Origin: Xylanibacter ruminicola 23
Lineage (GTDB): Bacteria > Bacteroidota > Bacteroidia > Bacteroidales > Bacteroidaceae
Assembly: GCF_000025925.1 (NCBI RefSeq)
Contig: NC_014033.1
Location: 120,001 to 152,000, forward strand
Reading direction: 5' to 3'
DNA length: 32,000 nucleotides
Of the stretch, positions 1 to 9,951 are shown one piece after another. The notes under the pieces were generated by a model. The model was not told where the DNA came from. It made no database searches and saw only the letters and a program-made list of their open reading frames with translations. Position 1 is the stretch's first letter; each line of letters starts with the position of its first letter. Both the position numbers and the translations under genes were made by a program.

Positions 1-432
1 GGCGATTATACCTGCATCCAGAGTCATGGCGTTCTCGGTTGTTGGGAACGGTATGGTGAACAGCGTTTTTCGCCTTCTTTGACGATAGGCAATCATTGCA
101 GCATCGGTGAATATAACCATATCACAGTTTGCAATAAGATTACCATAGGCGATGGCCTTTTGACTGGACGCTTTGTATATATAGGTGACAATAGTCATGG
201 GGGATTGAGTATCGAAGAAGCAACAGTACCTCCTGCTGAAAGAAAATTGTATTCTAAAGGAGAAATCGTAATAGGTAATAACGTTTGGATAGGCGATAAG
301 GCCACTATCCTTGCTGGGGTTCATATTGGAGATAACGTAATAATAGGGGCAAATTCTGTAATAACAAAAGATGTTCCTTCAAACACAATGGTGGCAGGTG
401 CGCCTGCTAGAATGATTAAATCATTAAATTGA
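1..432 (+). CDS. Hexapeptide-repeat (left-handed beta-helix) sugar O-acetyltransferase, 5' end cut by the window edge
   Basis: Frame 1 is open from nt 1, with no stop before the listed TTG at 79. Repeated hexapeptide units (ITIGDGLL, IGDNSH, IGNNVWIGDKATI, VHIGDNVIIGANSVI) and a ...VAGAPARMIK tail are typical of WbbJ/LacA/NodL-type acetyltransferases. It lies in a polysaccharide operon. Confidence 0.8.
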   Translation, partial: GDYTCIQSHGVLGCWERYGEQRFSPSLTIGNHCSIGEYNHITVCNKITIGDGLLTGRFVYIGDNSHGGLSIEEATVPPAERKLYSKGEIVIGNNVWIGDKATILAGVHIGDNVIIGANSVITKDVPSNTMVAGAPARMIKSLN

Positions 433-436
433 ATGT

Positions 437-1546
437 ATGTCAAAACCAAGATTAATTGCATTATATTTACCTCAATTCCATCCATTTAAAGAGAATGACG
501 AATGGTGGGGCAAAGGGTTTACGGAATGGACCAATGTAGCTAAAGCACGACCACTCTTTCGTGGACATTATCAACCTAAGGTGCCTGCAGACTTAGGCTT
601 TTATGACCTTAGAGTGCCGGAGGTAAGAGAGGAACAGGCACGATTAGCAAAGGAGGCAGGAATAGATGGGTTTTGTTATTGGCACTATTGGTTTGAAGGG
701 CATGAGTTGATGGAGCGTCCATTTTGGGAAGTTGTTAATAGCGGGAAGCCTGATTTCCCCTTCTGTATAGGTTGGGCTAATGAGACATGGAAATCCAAAA
801 TGTGGAATAAGGATGGTTCGCTAGGAGCTGGGACAAAGACATTAATTGAGCAAACATACAGCGAAGAGGATGATGTGGCGCATTTCAATGCTTTGCTGAA
901 AGCATTTAAGGATTCAAGATATATTTTGGTTGATGGTGCGCCTTTAGTGTTTGTTCATAGGGCTACAGATATGCCGGAGCATACCATAAGAATATGGAAT
1001 GAATTAGCTAAAGAAAAAGGCTTTCCTGGAATACACTTTGTAGGTAGAATTACCTTGTTGGAAAACTATGCTCAGGCAAAAGACTTGCTCCTAAAAAGAG
1101 GATTCAATGCTGTCACTGTTTCAAGATTAGGTTCTTCTGCTTTGAAAGAATCTTTATACGATAAACTACTGAGGAAATTTTGGCAGACCTTAAGATATAA
1201 AGGGTGTACTCATTTGATTTCATATAGTCAGGAAATTAAAACACTTTGTGATCCAGAGTTTGATTCGAATGAAGATGTATATCCGGCTATTTATCCAAAT
1301 TGGGACCATAGTCCACGAAGTGGAAGAAACGGGTTTATTATAGTTGATAGTACTCCGGATTTGTTTGAAAAACATGTTGCTCAGGTTTTGGATGAGGTTA
1401 AGAGTAAACAGCCTGAGCACCAGATCGCCTTTATTAAATCATGGAATGAATGGGGAGAAGGTAATTATATTGAACCAGATTTAAAATTTGGTAATGGTTA
1501 TTTGGAAGCACTTTCACGACAGATTGAAAAAGTAAGGTATGAATAA
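437..1546 (+). CDS. WbsX-like glycosyltransferase (GH99-like fold)
   Basis: The N-terminal signature LYLPQFHPFKENDEWWGKGFTEWTNV and the C-terminal SWNEWGEGNYIEPD match my recollection of the WbsX family. It starts 4 nt after the upstream gene. Confidence 0.75.
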   Translation: MSKPRLIALYLPQFHPFKENDEWWGKGFTEWTNVAKARPLFRGHYQPKVPADLGFYDLRVPEVREEQARLAKEAGIDGFCYWHYWFEGHELMERPFWEVVNSGKPDFPFCIGWANETWKSKMWNKDGSLGAGTKTLIEQTYSEEDDVAHFNALLKAFKDSRYILVDGAPLVFVHRATDMPEHTIRIWNELAKEKGFPGIHFVGRITLLENYAQAKDLLLKRGFNAVTVSRLGSSALKESLYDKLLRKFWQTLRYKGCTHLISYSQEIKTLCDPEFDSNEDVYPAIYPNWDHSPRSGRNGFIIVDSTPDLFEKHVAQVLDEVKSKQPEHQIAFIKSWNEWGEGNYIEPDLKFGNGYLEALSRQIEKVRYE

Positions 1547-2534
1547 AAAATATCATGTGAATTTAATTTTTCGCATGAAAAATGCCGATTATAGTATAGA
1601 AAAGGTTTTTAAACCTTTACAACCAATTTTTGGTAGGCATTTTGTTGTTGATGATTGTTATGTGCCTTATTATAAGGTTTCATTATGGTCAATTATTTCT
1701 AATATGTGGTTTGCTTTTTGTCATAGAAAGGATATAAACCATATTACGGGAGTAATGCATTATTGCGCTTTACTATTGCCGAAAAAGAATACCATTATCA
1801 CCATACATGACCTCAATCTTCCTGGAGCAGGACTCAAAAGGAAAATTCTGATGTGGCTGTTTGTGAAGTATCCTGTAAAAAGGGCTAACTATATAACATG
1901 TATAACAGAGGCAACAAAACGCGAACTTTTGGATGAATGTCCTAAAGCATCGGGTAAGGTGTCAGTTATATATAACCCAATATCTCCAGAATTCAAATAT
2001 AGCAAGAAAGAATTTGATGTAGAAAATCCAAGAATCCTGCATATTGGAACTCGTGCGAATAAGAATCTAGAGAGAGTTATTGAAGCTTTGAATGGTGTGA
2101 ATTGCTGTTTGGTTATTATTGGACAACTAAGTAATAATCAAAAGTTGCTGCTACAAGCCAATCATATTAATTATATAAACAAGTTCAGACTTACAGATCA
2201 GGAAATCTTAAGTGAATATAATTCTTGTGATATAGTGTCCTTTCCTTCTTTGTATGAAGGTTTTGGCATGCCAATCATTGAAGGGCAGGCTATAGGTAGG
2301 CCTGTTTTGACATCCCATAGGGCGCCGATGACAGAGATTTCTGGCGACGCTGTGATTTATGTAGATCCTGAGAGCGTGGATTCGATACGTCAGGGATTCC
2401 TGGAAATAATTAGAAACGAGAGCCTTAGGAAAAATATCGTGGCAAAAGGGCTGAATAATGTGAAGCGTTTCGATGCCGAAGTCATTGCAGAAAAGTATAT
2501 GGCATTGTACAATATAATTCTATCTAAAAAGTAG
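1539..2534 (+). CDS. GT-B glycosyltransferase (family 4/1)
   Basis: C-terminal motif FPSLYEGFGMPIIEGQAIGRPVLTS (EX7E-type). The ATG overlaps the upstream stop (ATGAATAA), suggesting translational coupling. Confidence 0.8.
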   Translation: MNKKYHVNLIFRMKNADYSIEKVFKPLQPIFGRHFVVDDCYVPYYKVSLWSIISNMWFAFCHRKDINHITGVMHYCALLLPKKNTIITIHDLNLPGAGLKRKILMWLFVKYPVKRANYITCITEATKRELLDECPKASGKVSVIYNPISPEFKYSKKEFDVENPRILHIGTRANKNLERVIEALNGVNCCLVIIGQLSNNQKLLLQANHINYINKFRLTDQEILSEYNSCDIVSFPSLYEGFGMPIIEGQAIGRPVLTSHRAPMTEISGDAVIYVDPESVDSIRQGFLEIIRNESLRKNIVAKGLNNVKRFDAEVIAEKYMALYNIILSKK

Positions 2535-2537
2535 CGC

Positions 2538-3620
2538 ATGTATTATTTAGTCCTCTTTATATTGATAATGTTCAGCGCCATTGAGGTGGTGTCAGGTAAA
2601 AGAAGTGAGAGATGGTTTAATGTTTCTTACTTCTTAATGACCGTGATGGCTACATTCAGATATGGACAGATGGATGATTACTTTAATTATTATATTAACT
2701 ATGAACATCCAGAAATATATGGACTTATTGATCCCTTGTTCGGATTACTGATTGGTGTTTTCAAAGCCTTTTCAATTGGTTATCCTGTTTTTATTGCATT
2801 GCTGTCATTGACATGTATGCTTTTGTCTTATCGCTTCTTTCATAAAGATTGCGGATTTAGTTGTCTGAGTTTGTTGACGTTCTATGGATATACCTTTATG
2901 TTGTGTCCGATGAGCTCTATACGTCAGGGGATATGCTTGGCATTGCTGATGTTTATGTTTCCTTGGATCAAAGAGAAAAAGTATAAGCAATTCTATTTCT
3001 GGGTGATTGTAGGTTGCTTTATCCATTTGTCTTTTATTGTTGCTCTGATTCTCCCTTGGTTGCTGAAATTAAAGATCTACAACAAGGTAATTGTCATTTA
3101 TATGGCCTTAGGATTGACGGCATTTGCGATAGTGGGTATAAGCGTTACAACATTCTTACCGTTAGACCGACTGGCTACTTATCAAGAAGGAGAAGGGGCA
3201 AGTATCATCATACGCATGGCATTACGTATATTGATAATCATTCCAGTATTGCTATTTGAACCCGAAGAGGGAACTGATGGCTATTATGCAAAAGCTATTT
3301 GCCTAATAGGATATGCGATGTATTGTGTTTTGAGTTTCAACGATCTTGTGGCTGGCCGATTGGAATTTTATTTCAGATCTTTTATTTGCTTGTATGCAGC
3401 ATTTCTTGTACAGAATTATGTTCGTACATCGCGTATGCTGGCAAATTTAGGATTATTGATGTTTGTTCATATCTTTTTGTGGATCAAGAATGTTGATGCA
3501 GCTATTGATAGAATGAATTATAAAGAAGGGATAACAGCATTCAATTTTCCATATATTTCAGTTTTCAACAAGGCGGAATTGAATGAATACTCAGGTGTTG
3601 ATACCTTCGGACTTGAATAA
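2538..3620 (+). CDS. EpsG-family polytopic membrane protein, probable repeat-unit polymerase (Wzy-like)
   Basis: About 10 hydrophobic segments across 360 aa, no soluble domain, aromatic-rich and very AT-rich codons. It sits between glycosyltransferases. Confidence 0.65.
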   Translation: MYYLVLFILIMFSAIEVVSGKRSERWFNVSYFLMTVMATFRYGQMDDYFNYYINYEHPEIYGLIDPLFGLLIGVFKAFSIGYPVFIALLSLTCMLLSYRFFHKDCGFSCLSLLTFYGYTFMLCPMSSIRQGICLALLMFMFPWIKEKKYKQFYFWVIVGCFIHLSFIVALILPWLLKLKIYNKVIVIYMALGLTAFAIVGISVTTFLPLDRLATYQEGEGASIIIRMALRILIIIPVLLFEPEEGTDGYYAKAICLIGYAMYCVLSFNDLVAGRLEFYFRSFICLYAAFLVQNYVRTSRMLANLGLLMFVHIFLWIKNVDAAIDRMNYKEGITAFNFPYISVFNKAELNEYSGVDTFGLE

Positions 3621-3631
3621 GTGTAAGGATT

Positions 3632-4735
3632 ATGATTATTTGTGTTTTGGCTACGGTCGCAACAGAGACTGGTGCATTAACAATATATAAACAATTTCTG
3701 AACGCTGTAGAGCGGTTCGGGGATGGGCATGAATGGCATATTTTTGTAGCTGATGGTATGCCTGTTCCCGTTATCAATCATGTCTTCTATCACGTATGCC
3801 ATACTAAAGGTTTGGATAGAATGAAGTTTGATTTCTATGGTTTTAATCATAAAGTCAAGAAGATTGGGATAAAGCCTGATGTCGTGTTTTCGCTCCAGAA
3901 TGGAAATGTGAGATGTAAAGCTGCAAGATATGTCGTTTATTTCCATCAGGCGCTTGCGCTTTCTAAATATAAGGTAAATATGAGAGATAAGTTTGCAAAG
4001 ACTTATCTGTTTTACCATTATTTTTATCCGTTGTATGTCAAATTGTTCCTGAATAAGCGGACCTACATTGCTGTTCAGACTAACCAAATAAAGAAAGGTT
4101 TCTCGAAGATATTTCGCTTTCCGTTAGAAAGGATAGGTGTGTTTTTTCCAGATACGGATAAAATCGACATTGAAAGCCTGGGGGTATATCGATATGAGGA
4201 AGGTACTTCCGATTTTATATATCCTGCAACTCCGTTTACATTTAAAGAGCATATATCTCTTGCGTATGCTATGAAAGAAGCGTATAGGCGGAGCCCTGAG
4301 ATGGCTAAGAAAATACGAATCCACTTTACCTTGGAAAAAGGAGAGATGGGTGAAATGGATAAGTATATCGTAGAGAATGGTTTAGAGCGAAACTTTGTAT
4401 ATCATGGAAGAATTCCTCACCAGCAGCTATTGTCGATGGTAAAGAGCTGCAATGGCTTGCTGTTCCCAAGTATGATAGAAACACTGGGTCTGCCTTTGCT
4501 CGAAGCCGCATCGTTAGGTGTGCCAGTTATTGCCAATGATTTGGAATATGTGCACGAGGTGCTGAGTGGGTACACAGGCGTAAAATATGTGGGAGTGCAT
4601 CAATATGATGATTGGGCGAAACATATTCTGTCTTGTTGCTCTCAACAGCAGTATACTCCTTATTCATTGCCAGAAGATAATTCTTGGGAACGATTAATGA
4701 AATTAATAACAGAAGGAATAATACAAAATAAATAA
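3632..4735 (+). CDS. GT-B glycosyltransferase (family 1/4)
   Basis: C-terminal LLFPSMIETLGLPLLEAASLGVPVIANDLEY motif; operon context. Confidence 0.75.
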   Translation: MIICVLATVATETGALTIYKQFLNAVERFGDGHEWHIFVADGMPVPVINHVFYHVCHTKGLDRMKFDFYGFNHKVKKIGIKPDVVFSLQNGNVRCKAARYVVYFHQALALSKYKVNMRDKFAKTYLFYHYFYPLYVKLFLNKRTYIAVQTNQIKKGFSKIFRFPLERIGVFFPDTDKIDIESLGVYRYEEGTSDFIYPATPFTFKEHISLAYAMKEAYRRSPEMAKKIRIHFTLEKGEMGEMDKYIVENGLERNFVYHGRIPHQQLLSMVKSCNGLLFPSMIETLGLPLLEAASLGVPVIANDLEYVHEVLSGYTGVKYVGVHQYDDWAKHILSCCSQQQYTPYSLPEDNSWERLMKLITEGIIQNK

Positions 4736-4739
4736 GACA

Positions 4740-5786
4740 ATGTCAGTATTTAAAGACAAAACACTCTTGATTACAGGAGGTACCGGCAGCTTCGGTAATG
4801 CTGTCCTGAATAGATTTCTCCGTACGGATATCGGAGAGATTCGTATTTTTAGTCGTGATGAAAAGAAACAAGACGATATGCGTCATGATTTTCAGGCACG
4901 TATGCCGGAGGTAGCTAACAAGATTAAATTCTATATTGGTGATGTGCGCAATAAGAGTACGCTGAAGTATGCTATGAAGGGGGTGGACTATGTGTTCCAT
5001 GCTGCAGCGCTGAAACAGGTGCCAAGTTGCGAATTCTTCCCGATGGAGGCTGTGAAGACCAATGTGATTGGTACAGACAATACACTGGATGCCGCTATCG
5101 ATGCTGGCGTGAAGTGTGTGATCTGCCTTTCTACCGATAAGGCGGCTTATCCAATTAATGCGATGGGTATCACCAAGGCTATTGAGGAGAAAATTGCTGT
5201 CGCCAAGAGCCGTTTGAGTGGCGACACCAAAATCTGTTGCACACGTTATGGAAATGTGATGTGCAGTCGTGGTTCGGTCATTCCTCTTTGGATTGACCAG
5301 ATTCGCAAAGGTAACCCTATCACACTTACAGAACCTAAGATGACGCGCTTCATTATGTCACTCGAAGAGGCTGTTGACCTCGTGCTATTTGCCTTTGAGA
5401 ATGGTAAGAATGGTGATATACTGGTTCAGAAAGCCCCAGCTTGTACTATCCAGACACAGGCTGAGGCCGTATGTGAGCTGTTTGGTGGTAAGAAAGAGGA
5501 GATAAAGGTGATTGGTATCCGCCATGGTGAGAAGATGTATGAGACGCTGCTTACCAAAGAGGAGGCTGCCAAGGCTATCGATATGGGTAATTTCTATGCG
5601 GTACCTGCCGACAACCGTGATTTGAACTACGATAAGTACTTCAAGGAGGGTGACGTGAAGCGTGCTACTATCGAGGAGTTTAATTCGGATAATACCCGCC
5701 GATTGAACTTGGAGGAAACAAAAGCTAAGATTGCATCACTGGAGTATATCCAGAATGAATTGAACGGTATTCCTAACCTCGTGTAA
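4740..5786 (+). CDS. fnlA: UDP-N-acetylglucosamine 4,6-dehydratase/5-epimerase (FnlA/CapE/WbjB type), step 1 of UDP-L-FucNAc synthesis
   Basis: N-terminus FKDKTLLITGGTGSFGNAVLNRFL, plus IRIFSRDEKKQ and TRYGNVMCSRGSVIPLW, are hallmarks of CapE/FnlA. It is followed by fnlB/fnlC homologues. Confidence 0.9.
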   Translation: MSVFKDKTLLITGGTGSFGNAVLNRFLRTDIGEIRIFSRDEKKQDDMRHDFQARMPEVANKIKFYIGDVRNKSTLKYAMKGVDYVFHAAALKQVPSCEFFPMEAVKTNVIGTDNTLDAAIDAGVKCVICLSTDKAAYPINAMGITKAIEEKIAVAKSRLSGDTKICCTRYGNVMCSRGSVIPLWIDQIRKGNPITLTEPKMTRFIMSLEEAVDLVLFAFENGKNGDILVQKAPACTIQTQAEAVCELFGGKKEEIKVIGIRHGEKMYETLLTKEEAAKAIDMGNFYAVPADNRDLNYDKYFKEGDVKRATIEEFNSDNTRRLNLEETKAKIASLEYIQNELNGIPNLV

Positions 5787-5797
5787 AAAAGAATATA

Positions 5798-6994
5798 TTG
5801 GTTACAGGTGCAAAAGGTTTTGTTGGTAAGAACCTTTGTGCTACCTTATATAATATAAAGGAAGGCAAGGACAGAACTCGACCTGACCTGAAGATTGATG
5901 AAATCTTTGAGTATGACATTGATTCGACATCAGAGGATCTGGACGAGTGGTGCCAGAAAGCAGACTTTGTTTTCAATCTGGCAGGTGTGAACAGGCCGAA
6001 AGAAACTTCGGAGTTTATGGAGGGTAACTTCGGTTTCGCTTCGACATTGCTGGATACGCTGAAGAAATATGGTAATACTTGTCCGGTGATGTTAAGTTCA
6101 TCACAACAGGCCTCGCTCACTGGTCGTTTTGGAAATAGCGAGTATGGTCGAAGTAAAAAGGCTGGCGAAGACTTGTTTCTGAAATATCAGGAGGAAACAG
6201 GTGCTAAAGTACTTGTCTATCGTTTCCCCAATCTGTTTGGCAAGTGGTGCCGACCAAACTATAATTCGGCGGTGGCTACATTCTGCAATAATATAGCTAA
6301 TGATTTGCCGATTCAAGTAAACGATCCTTCGGTAGAATTAGAGTTGCTGTATATTGATGATCTGGTAACAGAGATGCTGGATGCCTTAGAAGGTAAGGAG
6401 CACCGATGTGAGTTTGATGGATTAGGGGTCCTGCCGAAAATTGAAGGCAGATATTGCTATTGTCCTGTTACCCATCAAGAGACTTTGGGCAAGATTGTTG
6501 AACTGATTAATAGTTTTGCAGAACAGCCTAAGACCCTGATGATACCAGAAATACCCGAGAATAGCTTCGCCAAGAAGCTGTATAGTACTTATCTGAGCTA
6601 TCTCCCGAAAGAGAAAGTGGCCTTCCCTTTAAAAATGAATGTGGATGAGCGTGGTTCGTTTACAGAACTTATTCATACGTTGAATGCAGGGCAGGTGAGT
6701 ATTAATATCTCGAAGCCCGGTATTACTAAAGGTCAGCATTGGCATAACACCAAATGGGAATTCTTTATCGTGGTGGCTGGTCATGGCTTAATACAGGAGC
6801 GTAAGATTGGTTCTGATGAAGTGATAGAATTTGAGGTAAGCGGTGATAACATCCAATGTATTCACATGCTGCCAGGATATACTCATAATATCATTAATCT
6901 CAGTAATACTGAGAATCTGGTGACAGTGATGTATTGTAACGAGATATTTAATCCGAGTAAACCGGATACATATTTCGAGAAGGTAAAAGAGTAA
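5798..6994 (+). CDS. fnlB: FnlB/CapF/WbjC-type bifunctional reductase/epimerase (N-terminal SDR plus C-terminal cupin)
   Basis: LVTGAKGFVGKNL Rossmann motif at the N-terminus and a cupin-like C-terminus (GITKGQHWHNTKWEFFIVVAGHG). It lies between the fnlA and fnlC homologues. The only in-frame start is TTG at 5798 (ATA at 5795 is the alternative). Confidence 0.85.
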   Translation: MVTGAKGFVGKNLCATLYNIKEGKDRTRPDLKIDEIFEYDIDSTSEDLDEWCQKADFVFNLAGVNRPKETSEFMEGNFGFASTLLDTLKKYGNTCPVMLSSSQQASLTGRFGNSEYGRSKKAGEDLFLKYQEETGAKVLVYRFPNLFGKWCRPNYNSAVATFCNNIANDLPIQVNDPSVELELLYIDDLVTEMLDALEGKEHRCEFDGLGVLPKIEGRYCYCPVTHQETLGKIVELINSFAEQPKTLMIPEIPENSFAKKLYSTYLSYLPKEKVAFPLKMNVDERGSFTELIHTLNAGQVSINISKPGITKGQHWHNTKWEFFIVVAGHGLIQERKIGSDEVIEFEVSGDNIQCIHMLPGYTHNIINLSNTENLVTVMYCNEIFNPSKPDTYFEKVKE

Positions 6995-7005
6995 AAAGGT
7001 AAAAG

Positions 7006-8172
7006 ATGGAAATAAAGCATTTTAAGAATGATGGAAAGCTGAAACTGCTGATTATCGTGGGTACACGCCCTGAGATCATCCGATTGGCAGCTGTTATCAA
7101 TAAGTGTCGAAAGTATTTTGACTGCCTGTTAGCTCACACAGGTCAGAACTATGATTATAACCTGAATGGCGTGTTCTTCAAGGATTTGAAGCTGGCTGAT
7201 CCTGATATTTTTATGGAGGCTGTTGGTGATGACTTGGGAGCCACCATGGGTAACATCATTGACAAGAGCTACAAGGTGATGGTAGAAACAAAGCCTGATG
7301 CCGTATTGGTATTGGGCGATACCAATTCATGTCTTTCTGTGATTGGTGCCAAGCGTCTGCACATCCCCATCTTCCACATGGAGGCTGGTAACAGATGTAA
7401 GGATGAGTGCCTGCCAGAGGAGACAAACCGTCGCATCGTAGATATTATCAGCGATGTGAATATGGCTTATAGCGAGCATGCCCGCCGCTATTTGGCTGAT
7501 TGTGGTCTGCCTAAGGAGCGTACATACGTTACTGGATCGCCAATGGCTGAGGTGTTGCATCAGAATTTGGCAGAGATTGAGGCTAGCGATATTCATGCAA
7601 AGCTGGGTTTGGAAAAAGGAAAGTATATACTGTTGAGTGCCCATCGTGAGGAGAATATCGATACAGAGAAGAACTTTATGAGTCTCTTTACCGCTATCAA
7701 CAAGATGGCCGAAAAGTACGATATGCCAATCTTATATTCATGTCATCCACGTTCAAGGAAACGCTTGGAGGCTTCTGGCTTCCAACTCGATAAGCGTGTT
7801 ATTCAACATGAACCTCTCGGTTTTCATGATTACAACTGCTTGCAAATGAATGCTTTTGCGGTGGTTTCGGATTCGGGTACACTTCCTGAGGAGAGTAGCT
7901 TCTTTACCAGCGTAGGTCATCCTTTCCCCGCCATTTGTATTCGAACTTCGACAGAGCGCCCAGAGGCATTGGATAAGGCTTGCTTCTTCATCGCAGGAAT
8001 CGACGAAAAATCGTTGTTGCAGGCTGTAGATACTGCTGTAACGATGAATCAGAATGGTGACTATGGTATCCCTGTACCTGATTATATCGAGGAGAATGTC
8101 TCTACCAAGGTGGTGAAGATTATCCAATCCTATACAGGGATTGTTAATCGTATGGTATGGAGAAAGAGCTGA
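7006..8172 (+). CDS. fnlC: UDP-N-acetylglucosamine 2-epimerase, non-hydrolysing (FnlC/CapG/WbjD type)
   Basis: LLIIVGTRPEIIRLAAVI, VLVLGDTNS, HMEAGNRC and SDSGTLPEES motifs of WecB-family epimerases. Confidence 0.9.
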   Translation: MEIKHFKNDGKLKLLIIVGTRPEIIRLAAVINKCRKYFDCLLAHTGQNYDYNLNGVFFKDLKLADPDIFMEAVGDDLGATMGNIIDKSYKVMVETKPDAVLVLGDTNSCLSVIGAKRLHIPIFHMEAGNRCKDECLPEETNRRIVDIISDVNMAYSEHARRYLADCGLPKERTYVTGSPMAEVLHQNLAEIEASDIHAKLGLEKGKYILLSAHREENIDTEKNFMSLFTAINKMAEKYDMPILYSCHPRSRKRLEASGFQLDKRVIQHEPLGFHDYNCLQMNAFAVVSDSGTLPEESSFFTSVGHPFPAICIRTSTERPEALDKACFFIAGIDEKSLLQAVDTAVTMNQNGDYGIPVPDYIEENVSTKVVKIIQSYTGIVNRMVWRKS

Positions 8173-8216
8173 AATCCCTGCATTATAGCCGTCCCTTGTC
8201 AAGGGACTCTAAAGGT

Positions 8217-9431
8217 ATGGCGAAAGTTCTAATCTGTACAAATCATTTTTATCCAGAAACGTTCAGATGCAATGACGTTGCATTTGAACTGGCAAATCGT
8301 GGCTATGACGTGACGGTGCTGACAGCTATTCCCGATTATCCAAAAGGAAAATACTATGATGGGTATGGCATATTCCGTAAACGGCATGAAACGGTTAATG
8401 GTGTAAAGGTGATTCGTGGCTTTATCATACCTCGTGGTAATGGCGGTGGTATCAGACTGATGCTGAACTATCTGAGTTTTTTGATATCGTCCATATTTAT
8501 TAGTATCTTTCTTGGACTCTTTAGAAAGTATGATAAGGTACTGATACATGAAACATCGCCTGTTATGATAGGCATTCCTGCAGTGATTGTGTCGAAAATC
8601 CAGAAGTTACCACTTTATTTCTGGGTGTTGGACTTGTGGCCAGAGAGTTTGCAAGCTGCTGGAGGAGTTAATAATAAGTGCGTCCTGAATGCGTTTGAGA
8701 AACTGACGACATGGATTTATAAGAACTCCAAAAAAATATTGATAAGTTCGAAAGGTTTTGAGAAGTCTATTCTTGAAAAAGGTGATTTCAAGGATAAAAT
8801 CGTATATTTCCCCAATTGGGCTGATAGAGCTTTGGCTGTGAATGCAGGTTGCAAGATTCCAGAATTACCAAAGGGCTTTATAGTGATGTTTGCTGGTAAC
8901 ATTGGCGAGGCGCAGGACTTTGATCACATTATGGAAGCTGCGAACTATCTAAAAGATGAGCAGAGTATTCATTTCGTGTTTGTGGGGGATGGCAGAAAAC
9001 GTCCTTGGGTAGAAAAATACCGGGATGAACATAAACTTCAGAATACAGTGCATTGGTTAGGAAGACATCCGGTAGAGACAATGCCATTGTTCTTTAGACA
9101 GGCTGATGTGATGCTGATGACCTTAAAAGACGTGAGCATTTTCTCGTTGACAGCTCCGGCAAAACTCCAGGCCTATATGTCGGCAGGCAAGCCAATTTTG
9201 GCTATGATGAATGGCGAAGGACCAAGAATCATCGAAGAAGCTTCGTGTGGCTTTTCTGTTGCAGCTAGTGATTCTCGCGCTTTAGCTGATACAATTGTAA
9301 AACTCTCAAAAATGCCTAAAGACGAATTGCTGCAGTTAGGTCAGAATGGCAAGTCGTATCAAAATACTCATTTTGACTTGAATAAATCTATAGAACATCT
9401 AATAGAGCTATTGGCTTATGAAGATAATTAA
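8217..9431 (+). CDS. wbuB: WbuB-type GT4 glycosyltransferase (L-FucNAc transferase)
   Basis: MAKVLICTNHFYPETFRCNDVAFELANRGYDVTVLT, WVLDLWPESL and FAGNIGEAQDF. It follows fnlABC as in O-antigen loci. I prefer the ATG at 8217 over the listed 8157, which overlaps fnlC and adds a non-homologous leader. Confidence 0.85.
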   Translation: MAKVLICTNHFYPETFRCNDVAFELANRGYDVTVLTAIPDYPKGKYYDGYGIFRKRHETVNGVKVIRGFIIPRGNGGGIRLMLNYLSFLISSIFISIFLGLFRKYDKVLIHETSPVMIGIPAVIVSKIQKLPLYFWVLDLWPESLQAAGGVNNKCVLNAFEKLTTWIYKNSKKILISSKGFEKSILEKGDFKDKIVYFPNWADRALAVNAGCKIPELPKGFIVMFAGNIGEAQDFDHIMEAANYLKDEQSIHFVFVGDGRKRPWVEKYRDEHKLQNTVHWLGRHPVETMPLFFRQADVMLMTLKDVSIFSLTAPAKLQAYMSAGKPILAMMNGEGPRIIEEASCGFSVAASDSRALADTIVKLSKMPKDELLQLGQNGKSYQNTHFDLNKSIEHLIELLAYEDN

Positions 9432-9814
9432 TGAAGAGTTGTTGAACGAAGTATCGCAACAGGCAAAGGAAAGTTCCAAGGTTGAGGATGAATTATAACT
9501 TTCACGAAGATCTGAGTGATAAATGTCAGAGATTGTTGAATGCCTTAGAACCTGGCACCGTAATGCCCATTCATCATCATAAAGTGGATGAGATGTTTGT
9601 GATACTGAGAGGTTGCGTGCGGGTGACTATTCATAATGACAAGGGCGAGGTTATTCAATCGGTAGAACTTTCGCCTCGTAAGGGCAATTATGCTGTAAAT
9701 ATCAAAGCTGGAGAATGGCATTCTGTAGAAAGTCTTGAAGCTGGCACAATGATTATCGAAGTAAAAGAAGGTCCCTACATCCCCCATGAAATAGGTGGAA
9801 TGCTTAAAGTTTAG
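9418..9814 (+). pseudogene. wbuC: WbuC-family cupin, interrupted by a 1-nt insertion (frameshift at TT 9474-9475)
   Basis: The ATG at 9418 reads MKIINEELLNEVSQQAKES, then runs to a TAA at 9496. The +1 frame continues PRLRMNYNFHEDL...PIHHH...GEWHSVE to 9814. Removing one T from AGTTCC gives an uninterrupted 131-aa protein with the AKESPRLRMNYNFH junction I recall for WbuC. Length 397 = 3n+1. Confidence 0.7.
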
Positions 9815-9870
9815 ATGCGAGGAGGAAGGCATCAGGTGTTATAGTTTCTCAATTTTGCAAGTGTGAGTTT

Positions 9871-9914
9871 TCTGCTGTTTGTCGTAGTTAATGCCGACAA
9901 GCAGCAGATTTTTT
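9871..9914 (+). terminator. Rho-independent terminator closing the polysaccharide operon
   Basis: TCTGCTGTTTGTCG / CGACAAGCAGCAGA stem (one G-U pair) followed by TTTTTT. Confidence 0.6.
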
Positions 9915-9951
9915 GTATATAGAACTACCCTCACTGGGTATTTTTGTTTCT

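Noticed and set aside
8191-8207. Palindrome GTCCCTTG-T-CAAGGGAC in the fnlC-wbuB gap
   Set aside because: It is short, sits inside an operon and has no T-run. It may be a minor mRNA hairpin, but there is no evidence for function beyond that.
8157-8216. Upstream start for wbuB overlapping fnlC
   Set aside because: The 20 extra residues are not WbuB-like. MAKVLICTNHFYPE at 8217 matches the usual N-terminus of the family. It cannot be fully excluded.
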